Positions 1 to 12,000 of a stretch of DNA of 64,000 nucleotides are shown here, piece after piece. The position numbers were made by a program, and so were the translations under genes. Source of the DNA: Selaginella moellendorffii (Eukaryota; Plantae; Lycopodiophyta); contig NW_003314310.1 of the NCBI RefSeq assembly GCF_000143415.4, forward strand, positions 986,611 to 1,050,610. The letters run 5' to 3'. The notes beneath the pieces are model-generated. The model saw nothing but the letters and a program-made list of their open reading frames with translations, did not search any database and was not told the DNA's origin. Each line of letters opens with the position of its first letter. Positions within the stretch are counted from its first letter, which is position 1.

Positions 1-134
1 ATTTGCATCCCGTCATGTTTATAGCTAGCTTTCGTTTGTCCCCTTCGCTAGCCTGAGATACATCTGCTCGGCATCTGCCTCTTACAGCATTTGCCCAGAA
101 AGGGCATCTTTCTTCACGCAGCATTTGCCACATG

Positions 135-167
135 TTTAGGGTTTAGGGTTTAGGGTTTAGGGTTTAG
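135..167 (+). repeat. Interstitial plant telomere-type repeat (TTTAGGG) x ~4.7
   Basis: tttagggtttagggtttagggtttagggtttag read directly. Confidence 0.95.
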
Positions 168-629
168 CAATTCAGTAGCTTGATAAACATGCAAATACAG
201 AACTTGATGCAAAATCCTTTGATATGTCACAATGCCCCTAGGACCATAAACACATTTCAATAGAGAGGGTCCTTTCATTTCATAACTCCTTACGTAGATC
301 TTGGTGAAACCAGAGTTAGTGAAGTTAGTTTCTTGTGATCCCGCATCTGATTGTGATGTCCCTTTGCAGTTTCGATGGAAAGGTCAATGCACACCAAACT
401 GTAAAATCTTGGAGCAAAATAACGGTCGGATCTATGGCAAATGCCCCTGAAACATTGTAAGGCTCGTGTGGTCTCATGTGGTGTCCGATTGAGATGCTTC
501 TTTGCAGGGTCATCAAGAAAGACATTGTATACCATTCTGTAAAATCTAGTTGCGATCTAACGGTTGGATCTCCAGAAAACTCAAAAAAATCTCGCGCGTG
601 TCAGAATATCCTAGAAATATACTCCTATG

Positions 630-1036
630 TGCCCCTGAAAATGGCATGCGGCCCCACGCCATTCAAGAGATAATGCCAGATGACGCCGAGAATTTTTTGG
701 TGCATTTTTTGGGTTCAAAATTGCATGAGCCCACACGCTATAAAGTTTATCTTTGCCAAATAGAGAAAAGTTTATCTGTGTCATGTGAGGTAGTTACAAT
801 CCTTTGTGCTCGGCATCTGCCTCTTGCAGCATTTGCACTGAAAGGGAATTTTTCTCCATTCAGCATTTGGCCCTGAAAATGGCATGCGCCCACACGCCAT
901 TGAAGGAATAACGCCACAGGACGCCTGGATTTTTGGGTTTAAAATGTTTAGGGTTTTTTGGGTTTTTTCAAAATATTTTGGGTCCAACGTTTTTTGGGTT
1001 TCTTTGGTTCAAAATTGCATGAGCCCACACGCTATA
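630..1036. repeat. Imperfect direct duplication (~630-742 vs ~869-1036) upstream of the ParB-like gene
   Basis: Both copies have ccctgaaaatggcatgcg...cacgccatt..aa....ataa.gcca and end in ggttcaaaattgcatgagcccacacgctata. Confidence 0.8.
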
Positions 1037-1382
1037 ATATTGATTTGAGAGAAAAATAGAAACAGATAGAATTTCTTTATTTAGCTGAACATCTGCCATT
1101 TTTGGAAATACAAGATGCTTTGGAATATCCAATCATGCATGGTATAAATATAGCGAGGGTATTAAATGATATCCCAATCATGATCTTTCTTTTGGATTTC
1201 GCGTGCATGCATTTTTAGGAATGATGACGTTGCGGATTTCTTTTGGATTTTGCGTGCTTGCATGCGCGCGGCAATCCAGAAATTAATGGTGGCGCCCAAG
1301 TCCGAGGAATGATGACGTGGCGGGATTACCAACCGTTGTGACATTTCGCGCGTGTGAGGTTAGGTTTTGCATTTTGCTTTGT

Positions 1383-1605
1383 ACTCGCGCTCGCACACTC
1401 GCGCTCGCGCTCACATCACACTCTCGCTCGCGCTCGCATCACACTCGCGCTCCCGCTCGCGCTCGCATCACACTCGCGCTCCCACTCGCATCGCGCTCCC
1501 ACTCGCGATCACGCTCACTTCTCTACAGGTTTCTCGTGTGCATCGGCGTCCACTCGCGCTTGCATCACACTCGCGCTCGCATCGCGCTCGTGTGCATCGG
1601 CGTCC
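1383..1605 (+). repeat. CpG-rich tandem array of CACTCGCGCT(C)GCATCA-like units
   Basis: actcgcgctc / cgcatcacactcgcgct is reiterated more than 10 times. It explains the low-complexity ORFs at 1317-1823. Confidence 0.9.
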
Positions 1606-1816
1606 ACTTCAAGACACACCCAGTTTGTAACTTCGCCGCCAACTCCGCCGCCCACTCCGCCACCCACACGCAGCCCACTTGGCGTCCCGGGAGATTTCAG
1701 CGCCACTCTCCAACTGTAAGTGGCAGAGTAGCCTTGCTGCTACGATCCGCTGCACACACAGTGCACATTCGCCAGCGAGTCCGGCCTCGATTGTCACGGC
1801 CTCCATTCGGCTTCAA

Positions 1817-4800
1817 ATGGTAAGTCTTTTAGACGAAGTAGAAAATGGCATGAGGCCACATGCCATTCAGTAGCAACATTGGCATGCACCGATTGGGCTC
1901 TCGAGTGCAGTCCGGTTACAGATGGCGTGTAGCCTCACGCCATCTTAGGATGCAGCCTCAAGACATCTGATGCAGTGGTGAATGGCGTGTGGCCTCACGT
2001 TATTTCCAGCTGCTAGCTTTTCATCTGTCAGCTCTAATTGTTGTGCATTTCTGAACAGGCGAGGAATTGCGTTCTTCTTCCAGCCACTGTCAATGTGGAT
2101 GCAGAGAAGGGGGAGGAGCTCACCAGTTGGACTTTCGGGATGGAAGGCGAGGATCTGATGCTGTACAACACAGATGGTGGGAGAAAAGAATGCATGGGGA
2201 TCCTCATCCAAGTGATAGACACTCCATGCAGTTCCATGCAAGAATATGGACTGGCACTTGTGGTAGAGACAGCGTCCGCCTTCAAGATCCACCTTGCACA
2301 TCCTAGCGGCTTCCCGGAGGGGGGCAGCGGCTATGAGGAATTCCTAGAGGGAGCTAGGGAGAGGTTGTCCAGGAGGCCCACAATTTCAAAGACGCTGCGG
2401 GTCTATGAAGATCACATGGAATCCACGGACCTCACCTACGGCGATGTTCAAAAACTATATTCCAACATTGAGCCGTTGAGAGTGCCTCCAGTTAGCGAAG
2501 CGAAGGGGAAGGGGGTCGATCTGGAAACTACCCCGAAGCAGAAAAGGGTGGTCAAGCTCAAGCCGACATCCGACTCTGCTGCTCCAAAAAAGAAGCTACT
2601 CGGTGATGCCATTGCCTCGGGTTCGAACACTACACCCACCAAAAAGAAGAGCCGCAAAGAGCAGAAAGAGCAAGAAGAGGCAGCAAAAATCGTCGCAGAT
2701 AATAGTACTTGTTACTATTCCAACAAAGTATATACAATCGACGTGAGCCGTATCGAGATCCAAAGCAAATACAACCACAGGCTAGTATCTGATGAGTGGG
2801 TGGAGAAACTGAAGCAGAAGATGCTGGCAAGTCCAGTAACACCCGACATCGCAGACGTGATCCCCTACTACCGAACAATGAAGGGCGAGACGAGGTTTCC
2901 AGACTTGATCAATAGGAAGGTGTTGGACGATCAGAACATCCGGTTCTATGCCGTTTCCGGGTAGCATTCTAGCTTGGCGATGCAACAGATAGTTGTGGAT
3001 ATTATGGTGGGCGAGGAGGTGAAGAAAGTCTTCAAGACAAGAGTTGTCCGCCTGATAAAAGGCAACTCGCCCCTCCGATCTATCATATACATCTCCCACG
3101 CGCAGAATGTCAAGCAAGAAACGTGCTACAAATCGGGTCTGCACGAGACATTGGCACGAACACGGAAGCTCTGGGTTCAACTGAAGAAGCCACAAAAACC
3201 AGGACAAGGACGTGCACTAGCAACTAGCGCCTGGCAGGTAAGCCTCGTTGCATGTGGCATAGCATGTGGCCTCACGCCATTTCCATTGCAGGAATTCTCG
3301 AGTCTTCTTTCGAAAACACTGGGGGTCAATGACACACTCAGCATCCATAACATTCTACTCGCGACAAAAGTTGTTTTTGACAAATGGGTAGATGTGCTGA
3401 GGAGGTACCATGACGGGGAGTTGCTAAACTCAATGGGTGTGGAGGACGGCCGGAAGCCCAATGATTTGAAGCTCAACGCCTTGCGTTTCTCGCGGTCTCT
3501 AGACGACGACGACCTTCTGACAGTGGCTAATGCTCTTCTACGTGGTGAGGTAGTCTTCAACAAGACCAAAATGACTCCCGGCCATATTGTGACATACGAG
3601 GACTTGTGCACGACTCTGAGAGCTCGTGCGCTATTGAAGGATTGGATCTTCGAGCAAGTGGCCGTGGCGAGGGTGAGCATCGACACCACGCAAGAGATGA
3701 TGGAAGAGCTGGAGTTGTCAAATGAAGACATCGACGAGTACGTGAAGGGGGCCCCCAAGTTCATCGATCTGCTGCGGGATGCCACGAAAAGTAAAGCTGA
3801 GAAGTTGGATCAGTATCCAAATTTCATTAAGAGGGATGTCAACCGCCGGCTTCAGAAACAGCTCGACCCCGCAGCAGAGGCCTATCGAGAACCTTACCGG
3901 GTATACGTGAATTCGGATGAGGATCAAAGGTGGAGGAGCATCGTTTCCCGCGGAGATGAGCAGGTCAAGAACATCTTTTGTGTGATGGACTTCACAAACG
4001 AGGAGATCACTCATGCAGACGAAGTCAGCTCCATCATTGACTTAATGGTGGGACTTGCGGAGGTGGAATCTTCAGTCCACTATATGATCTACGACTCTGA
4101 ATCCTATCACAAGTTCTGGAAGGCCTTGAACGAGGTGAAGGCTCGGTTGAAAGGCAAGGAGATGCGGGAGATCCATGGGATAATGGCTAAGAAGAAGATA
4201 CCGACGAATGTCCGCATCTTCACAGTCGCCCTTGTTATTGGTCCTGCAGCAGAGTGGGACTGGAGTGACTTCCCAGCTTCGTTTAACAAAGCCGATCGAA
4301 TTGATCTGAGGGAGGTCAATTTACCCGTGCCTGAGGAACTGAAGACGGCTATGGAGCTTTCGAATCCAAAGAAAGCTCCAGGTGCAGCATGGGAAATGCT
4401 CAGCTGGGTCTTCAACGCAATAGCGGGTGACTCCAAGGGCAAATGCGTTGTCGAGTACAACTGCGGCGGACTATTCTTTCGAGCCGCACTACTCAAGGGT
4501 GTCCCGTGTGTTGCGGTGACAAACTCCATTGAAGAGGTGACTTCAATGGAGCATATAATTACAGTTGCCAAAGAAAAACAGTATCTTCTCTACGAACCTG
4601 GTGAGTACGCACTTTAGGTTTAAATGTTATCTCACAAGCTCTGTATGCAGGAGCGTGGCCACCCCCAGATGCTGAAACGGCGTTAACAGCTACTGATGTT
4701 AGGCCGAGGTCACAACCTGCACAAGGTAAGGTCACATGAGGCCTCACGCCATTTTGATTATAGATCGTTGTGAATATTCAGACACGAGGACTGAAAAGCG

Positions 4801-7422
4801 CACTGGTGGCGCGTCGAAGAAGGACAAACAGACAAGCAATAGGAAAAAAGGAGGTACAAATTATATTTGCAATGGCGTGTGGTCTCATGCCATTCCTTGC
4901 AGGAGACACTTCTTCAAAGGCAAAACAGGCAAGCACCAGCCAAGCTCAAACTGACAGTGGTCATAAAAAGTGAAAGCACGTTGGACAGTCGTCGGGATCA
5001 GAGGCGTTTGATTCGAAAAGGAAGAAGGGCAACGAAAAGATGATAGGTAATGCCTCGCGGTTATGGCGTGTGTGCTCATGCCATTCATTGCAGATCAAGG
5101 GCTGAGTGAAAGGAGCCAGTCACCACCTTCTGACTCAGATTCCTATGGCGGACTCCCCTTCCCCAATCTCAATGGAGAGGTACAATGGATGAGGGATGCT
5201 TTTCAAGTCAGGGCCACGTTTTTCTCATCTCGTCGTCTTCGAAGGGTGCAAGAACGTGCAGAAACCATGTTAAGACAGTCGGGTGAGGATACGGTCCTAG
5301 GTCACGCACTAAAACAGGCTATGGATGTCTTGTATTTTGAGATGGAGACTCGGCCAGATGATTTTTCCAAGATGGTCCTGGAAAAACAAGCAATCCAGCC
5401 TGAGCAGCCTATGGAAGAAATGCAGGAGGGGGATGAGGAGCCAGAGAAAGATAATGAGCAGGAAGAGCAGAAGGACGAAGAGGAGGACAAAGAAGAGGAG
5501 GACGAAGAAGAGGAGGATGAAGAAGAGGAGGACGAAGAGGACTTAGATGGTCCTCACAATGGTGACGATCACAATAACGACGATGACGATGATGACGACG
5601 ATGGCCAGCTTGAGGTGGCCAAAGAGCAGCGGAGGAAGGTCATACAAGACAAACCATCAGGTAAATAATAGTACATCCATTCCTAACCTTTTACCATTTC
5701 TAACATTGTCCATGTAGGTCGCAGAAGAAATGGTAAGTAGAGATTATTCAGTTGAATTAAGATACAAACTCTAGCCTTTAGTGTCGAGGAAGGATAGTGC
5801 CAAGCAAGGGTCGAAACGTATGTCCAATCCTTCAGAATCAGCAGTGCGCCCAAGTGATATCGGTCCTAGTTCCTCAATAGCAGTTGATGGTAAATATAGT
5901 ATAGTCGATTCAATGTGCTAATGAGTTTGTTTTTAGTAGCACGGGAGGATACCATCTCAATCGAAGGGAGATATTTGGACATGCATATGGATCCGCCAGT
6001 GGACTCTACTTGCCTGCAAGAGTCATCAGAGCTGGTGGAGGCTACTATCCATATCAACGCCAAGCAAGCTGACCACGCTCCACTTGATGCTGCCCATACC
6101 ACTGAGTCAATCTTGTCCACGTATCCAACTGACGGTGACCAGGCGCCATTGGACCCGCATGAGGCCGCCCCAGCCGCCGAGCCGGTCGTATCCTCATTTC
6201 CAACGTGTGCCCAATCGTCTGACTACGCGCCGTTGGAACCTCCCTACACCGCCCCTGCTGCCTGTTCGGTCATGTCCACTTTGCCAACGGAGGCACCAGC
6301 TGAAATGGCGTGTGATCACACGCCATCGGAACCACCCCATGCCACTGTTGAGCCAGTTGTACCAGAGTCTACAGCTGAAATGGCATGTGCCCACACGCCA
6401 TCGGATGCGATTGACCCCACATTGCAGAGGAGAGTATTTCCGCCCTTCACGTTTCCTCGACCAAAACCCTCTGAACGACCATCGGGAGCACCATTCGCTA
6501 ATATTGTAGATGGTAAAATTGACTTGTACCATTTTTTATGCTGACGCATTTCATTTCAGAGTCACGGCGAAAGTACTGTATCGTTTTTGATCTGAACGGT
6601 GTCCTTTTCTCCCATGAGCGTGGCTCGTCCTCGAATGTCACTGCACCCTCCAAAGCCTGCGGTCGCAAGTTGGTCAAAAGAGACAGATTCACATTAATCA
6701 CACAGGAGAAACTGCGGGATCTAATAATGACCATGCGACACTTAAAACAGAGGGCCGGGTTCAATTTGCAATTGGGAGTTTGGACATCCATGATGCGCCA
6801 CAATGCATTAACGTTGCTACAGATGATGCATGATCAGACGCGAGTAATATTACCATTTGACTTTCTCCTAACGCAGGAGGATTGCTTGACTATGGTCCAT
6901 GTGAGGGGTAGCAAGCCCATCTTCGTCAAGGCAGAGGCTGTAGTGATGAACCGGACTGCTAGGTCAAGTGAAATCCTCATCATCGATGACTCGCCGATTA
7001 AAACTGCAGCGAACACGCACACATATGCAGTGCACCCCATCTCTTGCAGTATGGAAACTAGGGAGAAGAAACCGTATGTTCTGGGGGACCTTGCAAAACG
7101 GCTTGAAGCGATGGTGATAGAGAACCGGCCAGTCCAGGAGGTGGCTGCAGAAATCAACCAAATGGCAAATGGAACGGTATATCAGAAGCCATTTGATCGG
7201 ACAGACACCAGTCATCATTTATGGCATGTATATTGTCTAGCCAAGCACTATCCGCATCTCCATAATCTGCTCAACCGGATGGGTTCTTCGACCACTGAAC
7301 ATGAGCGTGGACGTATTAGAGAAGAGATGGCATTACTATTGGGTTTAAATCCTGATAGTGTGGAGAGTGATGAAATTCCAAGATTATTGTATAGGCGTTG
7401 GAGGCAAAAAATAACAGTCTGA
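1817..7422 (+). pseudogene. 11-exon gene (~1636 codons, 2 in-frame stops): ParB-like N-domain + degenerate N6/N4-methyltransferase-like fold + acidic/low-complexity linker + FCP1/NIF-type HAD phosphatase
   Basis: Exons 1817-1819, 2059-3237, 3292-4600, 4651-4725, 4782-4853, 4903-5046, 5094-5660, 5718-5732, 5782-5889, 5937-6512, 6560-7422. All introns are GT-AG and join ORFs 2038, 2974, 4736, 4770, 5063, 5915 and 6538 in frame. Stops are TAG 2962-2964 (likely CAG) and TGA 4971-4973 (likely CGA). Motifs: IDVSRIEI..NHR..VEKLKQKM..FYAVSG*HSSLA..ISHAQN (ParB-like); KGKCVVEYNCGG.FFRAALLKGVPCVAV (MTase motif-I-like); IVFDLNGVL..VWTS..IFVK..LIIDDSPIK (FCP1). Confidence 0.8.
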
Positions 7423-9045
7423 GATGGCATGTATTTATTTAAAAATGTAACTTATTATGGCATGGGGTTCCATGCCATTGTATTAATATTAAAAGACAAT
7501 TCTTTGAGAGAATTTGCATTATACTAGAAGTGTTACAGTGTGTTACAGCATGTTATTGGAAGTCTACGAAGTTGTTTTATTAATAAGGGGAAAGTAAAGA
7601 TTGAATGGGGACTTGGGCTCCACCTAGACTTGGAGCAACTGAGCCAATATTAAAAGGATGGAAAGAAATTGGACGACGATGACAAGGAGAAGAGAGAGGT
7701 GAAGCAGTGGCAGGGGGAGGAGAAGTGATTGAGTAGACATTTCCTTGTTTAAAATAAAATGGTATGTGCCTCAATGCAGTTGAATTTTGTTATATTTATA
7801 TACTATATAAAGGTTTGGAAACCTTATTTTACAAGTGGGATAATGACAATTCCCACTTTAACGAAATAGAGCTTCCACCAAGCATAATGCTACAAAAAAA
7901 AAAACAAACACAAGGGTCACCTTTCTAGAAAAGTGCAATATTCACTTTTTACACCAATTCCAAACTCTATCTAACTCAATTGCCTTAACCCCAAAAATCA
8001 ACATCCCTTTTGGGTTGCATCATATAAATTATTTACAAAGGTTTAAGCCAACTATAGTCAACTCCAACCCTTATTTTAGTTTGTATTGGCTTACAAAAAT
8101 GGAATGGTTTTCAAGCAAAATGATCAATAGATCAACCATTGAAAAAACCTAAGAAAATTTGTGAAAAATTTTCCATCCTAGAGAAAGAATGACTCTCAAT
8201 CTAAGAATATAAATTTTCAAGACTTAACCAACTTCCTTTTATTAACAACTTCATATAGGTTCACCTCAACACAAATTTTTATGACCCAATATTATATCTA
8301 AGCATCAAACATCTTGCTTATATTTCTAACACTCAACACCGACATTTGCAAAATGCAAAATGAACATCTAAGGCTTGATCATGAAGACTATATCTTCATA
8401 TATCCACATTGCACTAACACTCTTCTTCACACTTTTAAAATCCAATGTAAAGCCAAAACACTAAAAAGAAAAATGATATGAAAAATCAAGTTTTAAAGAA
8501 AATTCTTCATCACTCGAAATCCACTAACACAAGTGTTAGTGATGTCAATGCCTCAAATACACACCTTCTCCAACCAACAATCTACTCCAAATGGTAATAG
8601 ATAAACTAATAAGTTATAGCAAGTGGATATTATAACTTTTTTTCAACACCTTGATAAGCAAACCTTCAAGCAAACAAAGTACCAACTCAAGCTTAGTATA
8701 ATGGACCACTATTGAGAACTAAGTCAAAGCTATTTCAATGCTACTAATTGCAAGTAGTCTAGCTTCACTATCAACCACTTTAGGGTTGATCAATCAAGTA
8801 ACTTCGTAAACATATTACTCATTATCATATAGATATGATATAAGTATCACAATAACTTAATCATAAATTGAGTAACACCACAAGCAACACCTATGTCATT
8901 ATCTCAAAGATTTATGTGAGTATCAAGTGCCAACTCGATTCGACAAAATACAACATAAATGCCATACCCCACTGATAGAGATTTACAATATCTAACATCA
9001 TTAACTTTTGTTCACAACATAGACAAGCTCATGCCACTCTCTATC

Positions 9046-12000
9046 TGTCGCGCATGTGACTTCGGGTATCGAAAGTTACCTGTCGACTAGTCCTTACGGA
9101 CACTCTTACCTTACTGCCACGATGGCAGGAGGTCGGTATTGCTGGACCCTTTATCAGCCCCTCTTGTTCAAGTGTTAGTAAACTGGACTTTGCATTTGTA
9201 CTTGGCCGGATGAGCATAAGGACGGAATTCCTAAGTGTCTATTCAGCCAAGCATACTTGGCCTGGCTTTTTAGTTCTCTTTTGCTCTGTCTTGCACTGGC
9301 TTGACAAGAACCCTCGCGTATTGAGATTGGTCCCTCAATATCGCCGGATGATAGCTTACCGTGTCTGCCAAACACCCTCGCTATCATGCCCTTAGCGTTA
9401 GTCTCAATTCGGTCCCAAATGCTATTTATGGAAAATGTCCAGATTTGCTCATTTGGCATATCTACAGAATGTAGAGATCGGTCTGAACACAATGGTGTTC
9501 GTCCCATGTCCAAATTCACAATCTAGGGACATTCCATATTTAGTAAGTTTCGAGCTTGTCCCAGAGACTAACTCCTGATACTAAGGGAGGCTTGGGGTGA
9601 AAGCCCAAAGCGTGTGTTCCTCAAGGGGGGGGGGGCTGTGAGGGGTTCCAAATGTATAGTAGGGATAGTGGGTAGGTTGGGCATGGCCAACCAACCTGAG
9701 GCATAGTCTAGCTCCCGCTTGCGTGCCTGTCCTTGTTCTGCGTCCGGCTTGGGTCTAAGCCCAAGTTCCATTCCATGCTAGTTGGTGGAGTACCCATATC
9801 CTCACATTAGGCCACCGGTATGCCGAAATAGCGCCAGACTCCGTTTGGCTCCGTTTTGCGTGCTGGTCCTGGCATTGGGATGCTGGTTGTTCCAGGACTG
9901 TTCCAAGTCGCTCCGGGCCCCTGTCCCTTCGCTCCTTGGGCTTTATGCTCGGGAGTTGCTCCGTGGTTCGGTTCCATCACTCCTTGGCTCCATGCTTGGG
10001 AGTTTGGCACCGTTCCTTTGTTCAGTGGCCCAAGGCCCTGAACCTCAGGTTCTTATGGACACGTGGCATAGACACGTGGCATGTGACACGTGGCATCCGT
10101 CACGTGGCACAAAGAGGGTTTAGGTTCCGCTTCGTGGTGTTATCCTATGGTAAATCACCATAGGATAAAGGGTCAAAACCACGTACGCTACATTTGGTAT
10201 CAGAGAAAGAGTCTCAGCGAGTACTATTCAATGAGATTGGGCAACTAGTCTCGTTGCATACGCAGAGATGAAAACGATGATCCGAGTGGGTACACGTTTT
10301 GGTGCAAAGGGTTCACATTCGTTCCTTGGGTATGGTTTTGGTTACCTTTTGTACCTAATAATGTGAGCTTGCTCTTGGGCTCATAGGATGGATTTGAGAT
10401 GCTCCGTTAGCACGAGTTTACGCTTGGGCTCGTGTGTGAGGCACATTAGCAACTCGAGGTTACACTTTGAGTTGGCAGGATTAATGTTAGCCTAGCGGTG
10501 GTTCTATGAGTTGTTCCATGTACCGTGGGTAAAAGCAAACCTTCCCTGGGTTTGCTATGAGTGGCAAATGGGCTGGTCCGTAGCTGTTTAAGCACGGCAC
10601 TAGTGGATCCTTCCTAGGCATGATTACAAGTGGATCAATCAAGATTATAGGGATTAGTCTATTGGTTCAAGTAATCATTGCCGTGCTCTCTCATAAACTT
10701 TTCTTGGATTGGACTGAAGGCAGTGCGAAAGCAAGCTTGAGGTTTGGTCAAAGATGAGACCGAAAAGAGAGTCATCGGGGACGAAGGATCAAACACGTAA
10801 ATCATCTTCTTCTCTTGGAGAGATGATTTGCAACGAGGTGTTCACTCATTGCTCGTATTCACATTATGCAATCAAGAATCCTTACTTTGATGCATATTGG
10901 TTATGGTGGTCTTACAAATGGTGAGTTGTGGGATGGATAGTGGTGAAGCGCTATACCATTTTGTCTAGGCTCGCTATTGGAAGACTTGGGTTACAATGCT
11001 CAATTCTTTTCCGGGGAACCTAGCTATTGCTCCTTGAGTAGCTTGGTGTTGGGTTAAGTTTTGAGTTTGATCGGATAGCGAGTGGCATGAGCTTGTCTGT
11101 GTTGTGAACAAAAGTTAGTGGTGTTAGGTGTTGTAAATTTCTATCGGTAGAGTGTGGCATTTGTGTTGCATTCTGTCAAATTGAGTTGACACTTGATACT
11201 CACATAAACCTTTGAAGTAATGATATGGGTGTTGCTCATGGTGTTGCTCAATTGATGATCAAGTCATTGTGATTTCCATATCATATCCATGTGATAATGA
11301 GCAATGTGTTTACGAAGTTGCTTGGTTAAACGATGATCAACCTCAAAGTGGTTGATGGTGATGCTAGTCTACTTACATGTAGTAACATTGAAGTAGCTTT
11401 GACTGGATTCTCGGTGGTGGTCCATTATGCTAAAGCTTAAGTTGGTACCTTGTTTCCTTGAGTTTGCCCATTAGGTGTTGGGAAAGGGTTATAGCATTTA
11501 CTTGCTATGGCTTGTTGGTTGATCCATTAGCACTTGGAGTAGATTGTTGGATGGAGAAAGTGTGTAGTTGAGGCATTGACATCGCTAACACTTGTGTTAG
11601 TGGAAGTGGCATTGTTGTTCGAGTGATAAGGAATTTTCCTTAGAGCTTGATTTTCCATGTCATTTTTCTTATTAGTGTTTTGGCTTCACATTAGATCCTG
11701 AAAGTGGTTGAAGAAGAGTGTTAGTGCAATGTAGATATCCGAAGATGTGGTCTTCGTGATCAAGCCTTGGATGTTTACTTTGCATTTTGAAGATGTCGGT
11801 ATTTTATGTTAAAAAATGGGCAAAAGATGTTCGATGCTTAAGCATGCTATTGGGTCTTGAGAATTTGTGTTAAGGTGAACCTATGTGAAGTTGTAAGTAG
11901 GAGGAAGTTGGTTGAGTCTTGAAAGTTTGCATTCTTGGACTGAGAGTCATTCTTTCTTTGGGATGGAAAATTTTCCACAAATTTTCTTAGACTTCTCCAA

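Larger units (their letters stand above)
640..7479. promoter_or_regulatory. Dispersed palindrome family ATGGCRTG-N6-CAYGCCAT (at least 12 copies), putative protein-binding sites
   Basis: Copies at 640-663, 878-901, 1844-1867, 1921-1944, 1981-2004, 3258-3281, 4730-4753 (left half decayed), 4871-4894, 5062-5085, 6304-6327, 6379-6402 and 7456-7479. More degenerate copies at ~719-742 and ~1013-1036. The repeat itself is certain; the function is inferred. Confidence 0.75.

Noticed and set aside
135-167. True chromosome end
   Set aside because: Fewer than five units, with ordinary sequence on both sides.
1317-1823. Overlapping ORFs rich in R/S/H/A/L
   Set aside because: Artefacts of the TCGCGC tandem array; the real start appears to be ATG 1817 followed by an intron.
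2962-4973. Programmed readthrough or alternative genetic code at TAG 2962 and TGA 4971
   Set aside because: Both are single C>T changes from CAG/CGA in a region with pervasive deamination; pseudogenisation is the simpler explanation.
640-7479. Palindromic repeats as a CRISPR array
   Set aside because: Spacing is irregular (37 bp to >1 kb), copies lie in introns and exons, there are no cas genes, and the context is eukaryotic.
9175-10163. Recurrent 60-114 aa ORFs (also at 15.3-16.3, 38.9-39.9 and 45.0-46.0 kb)
   Set aside because: They recur only because they lie in near-identical LTRs; no recognisable domains.
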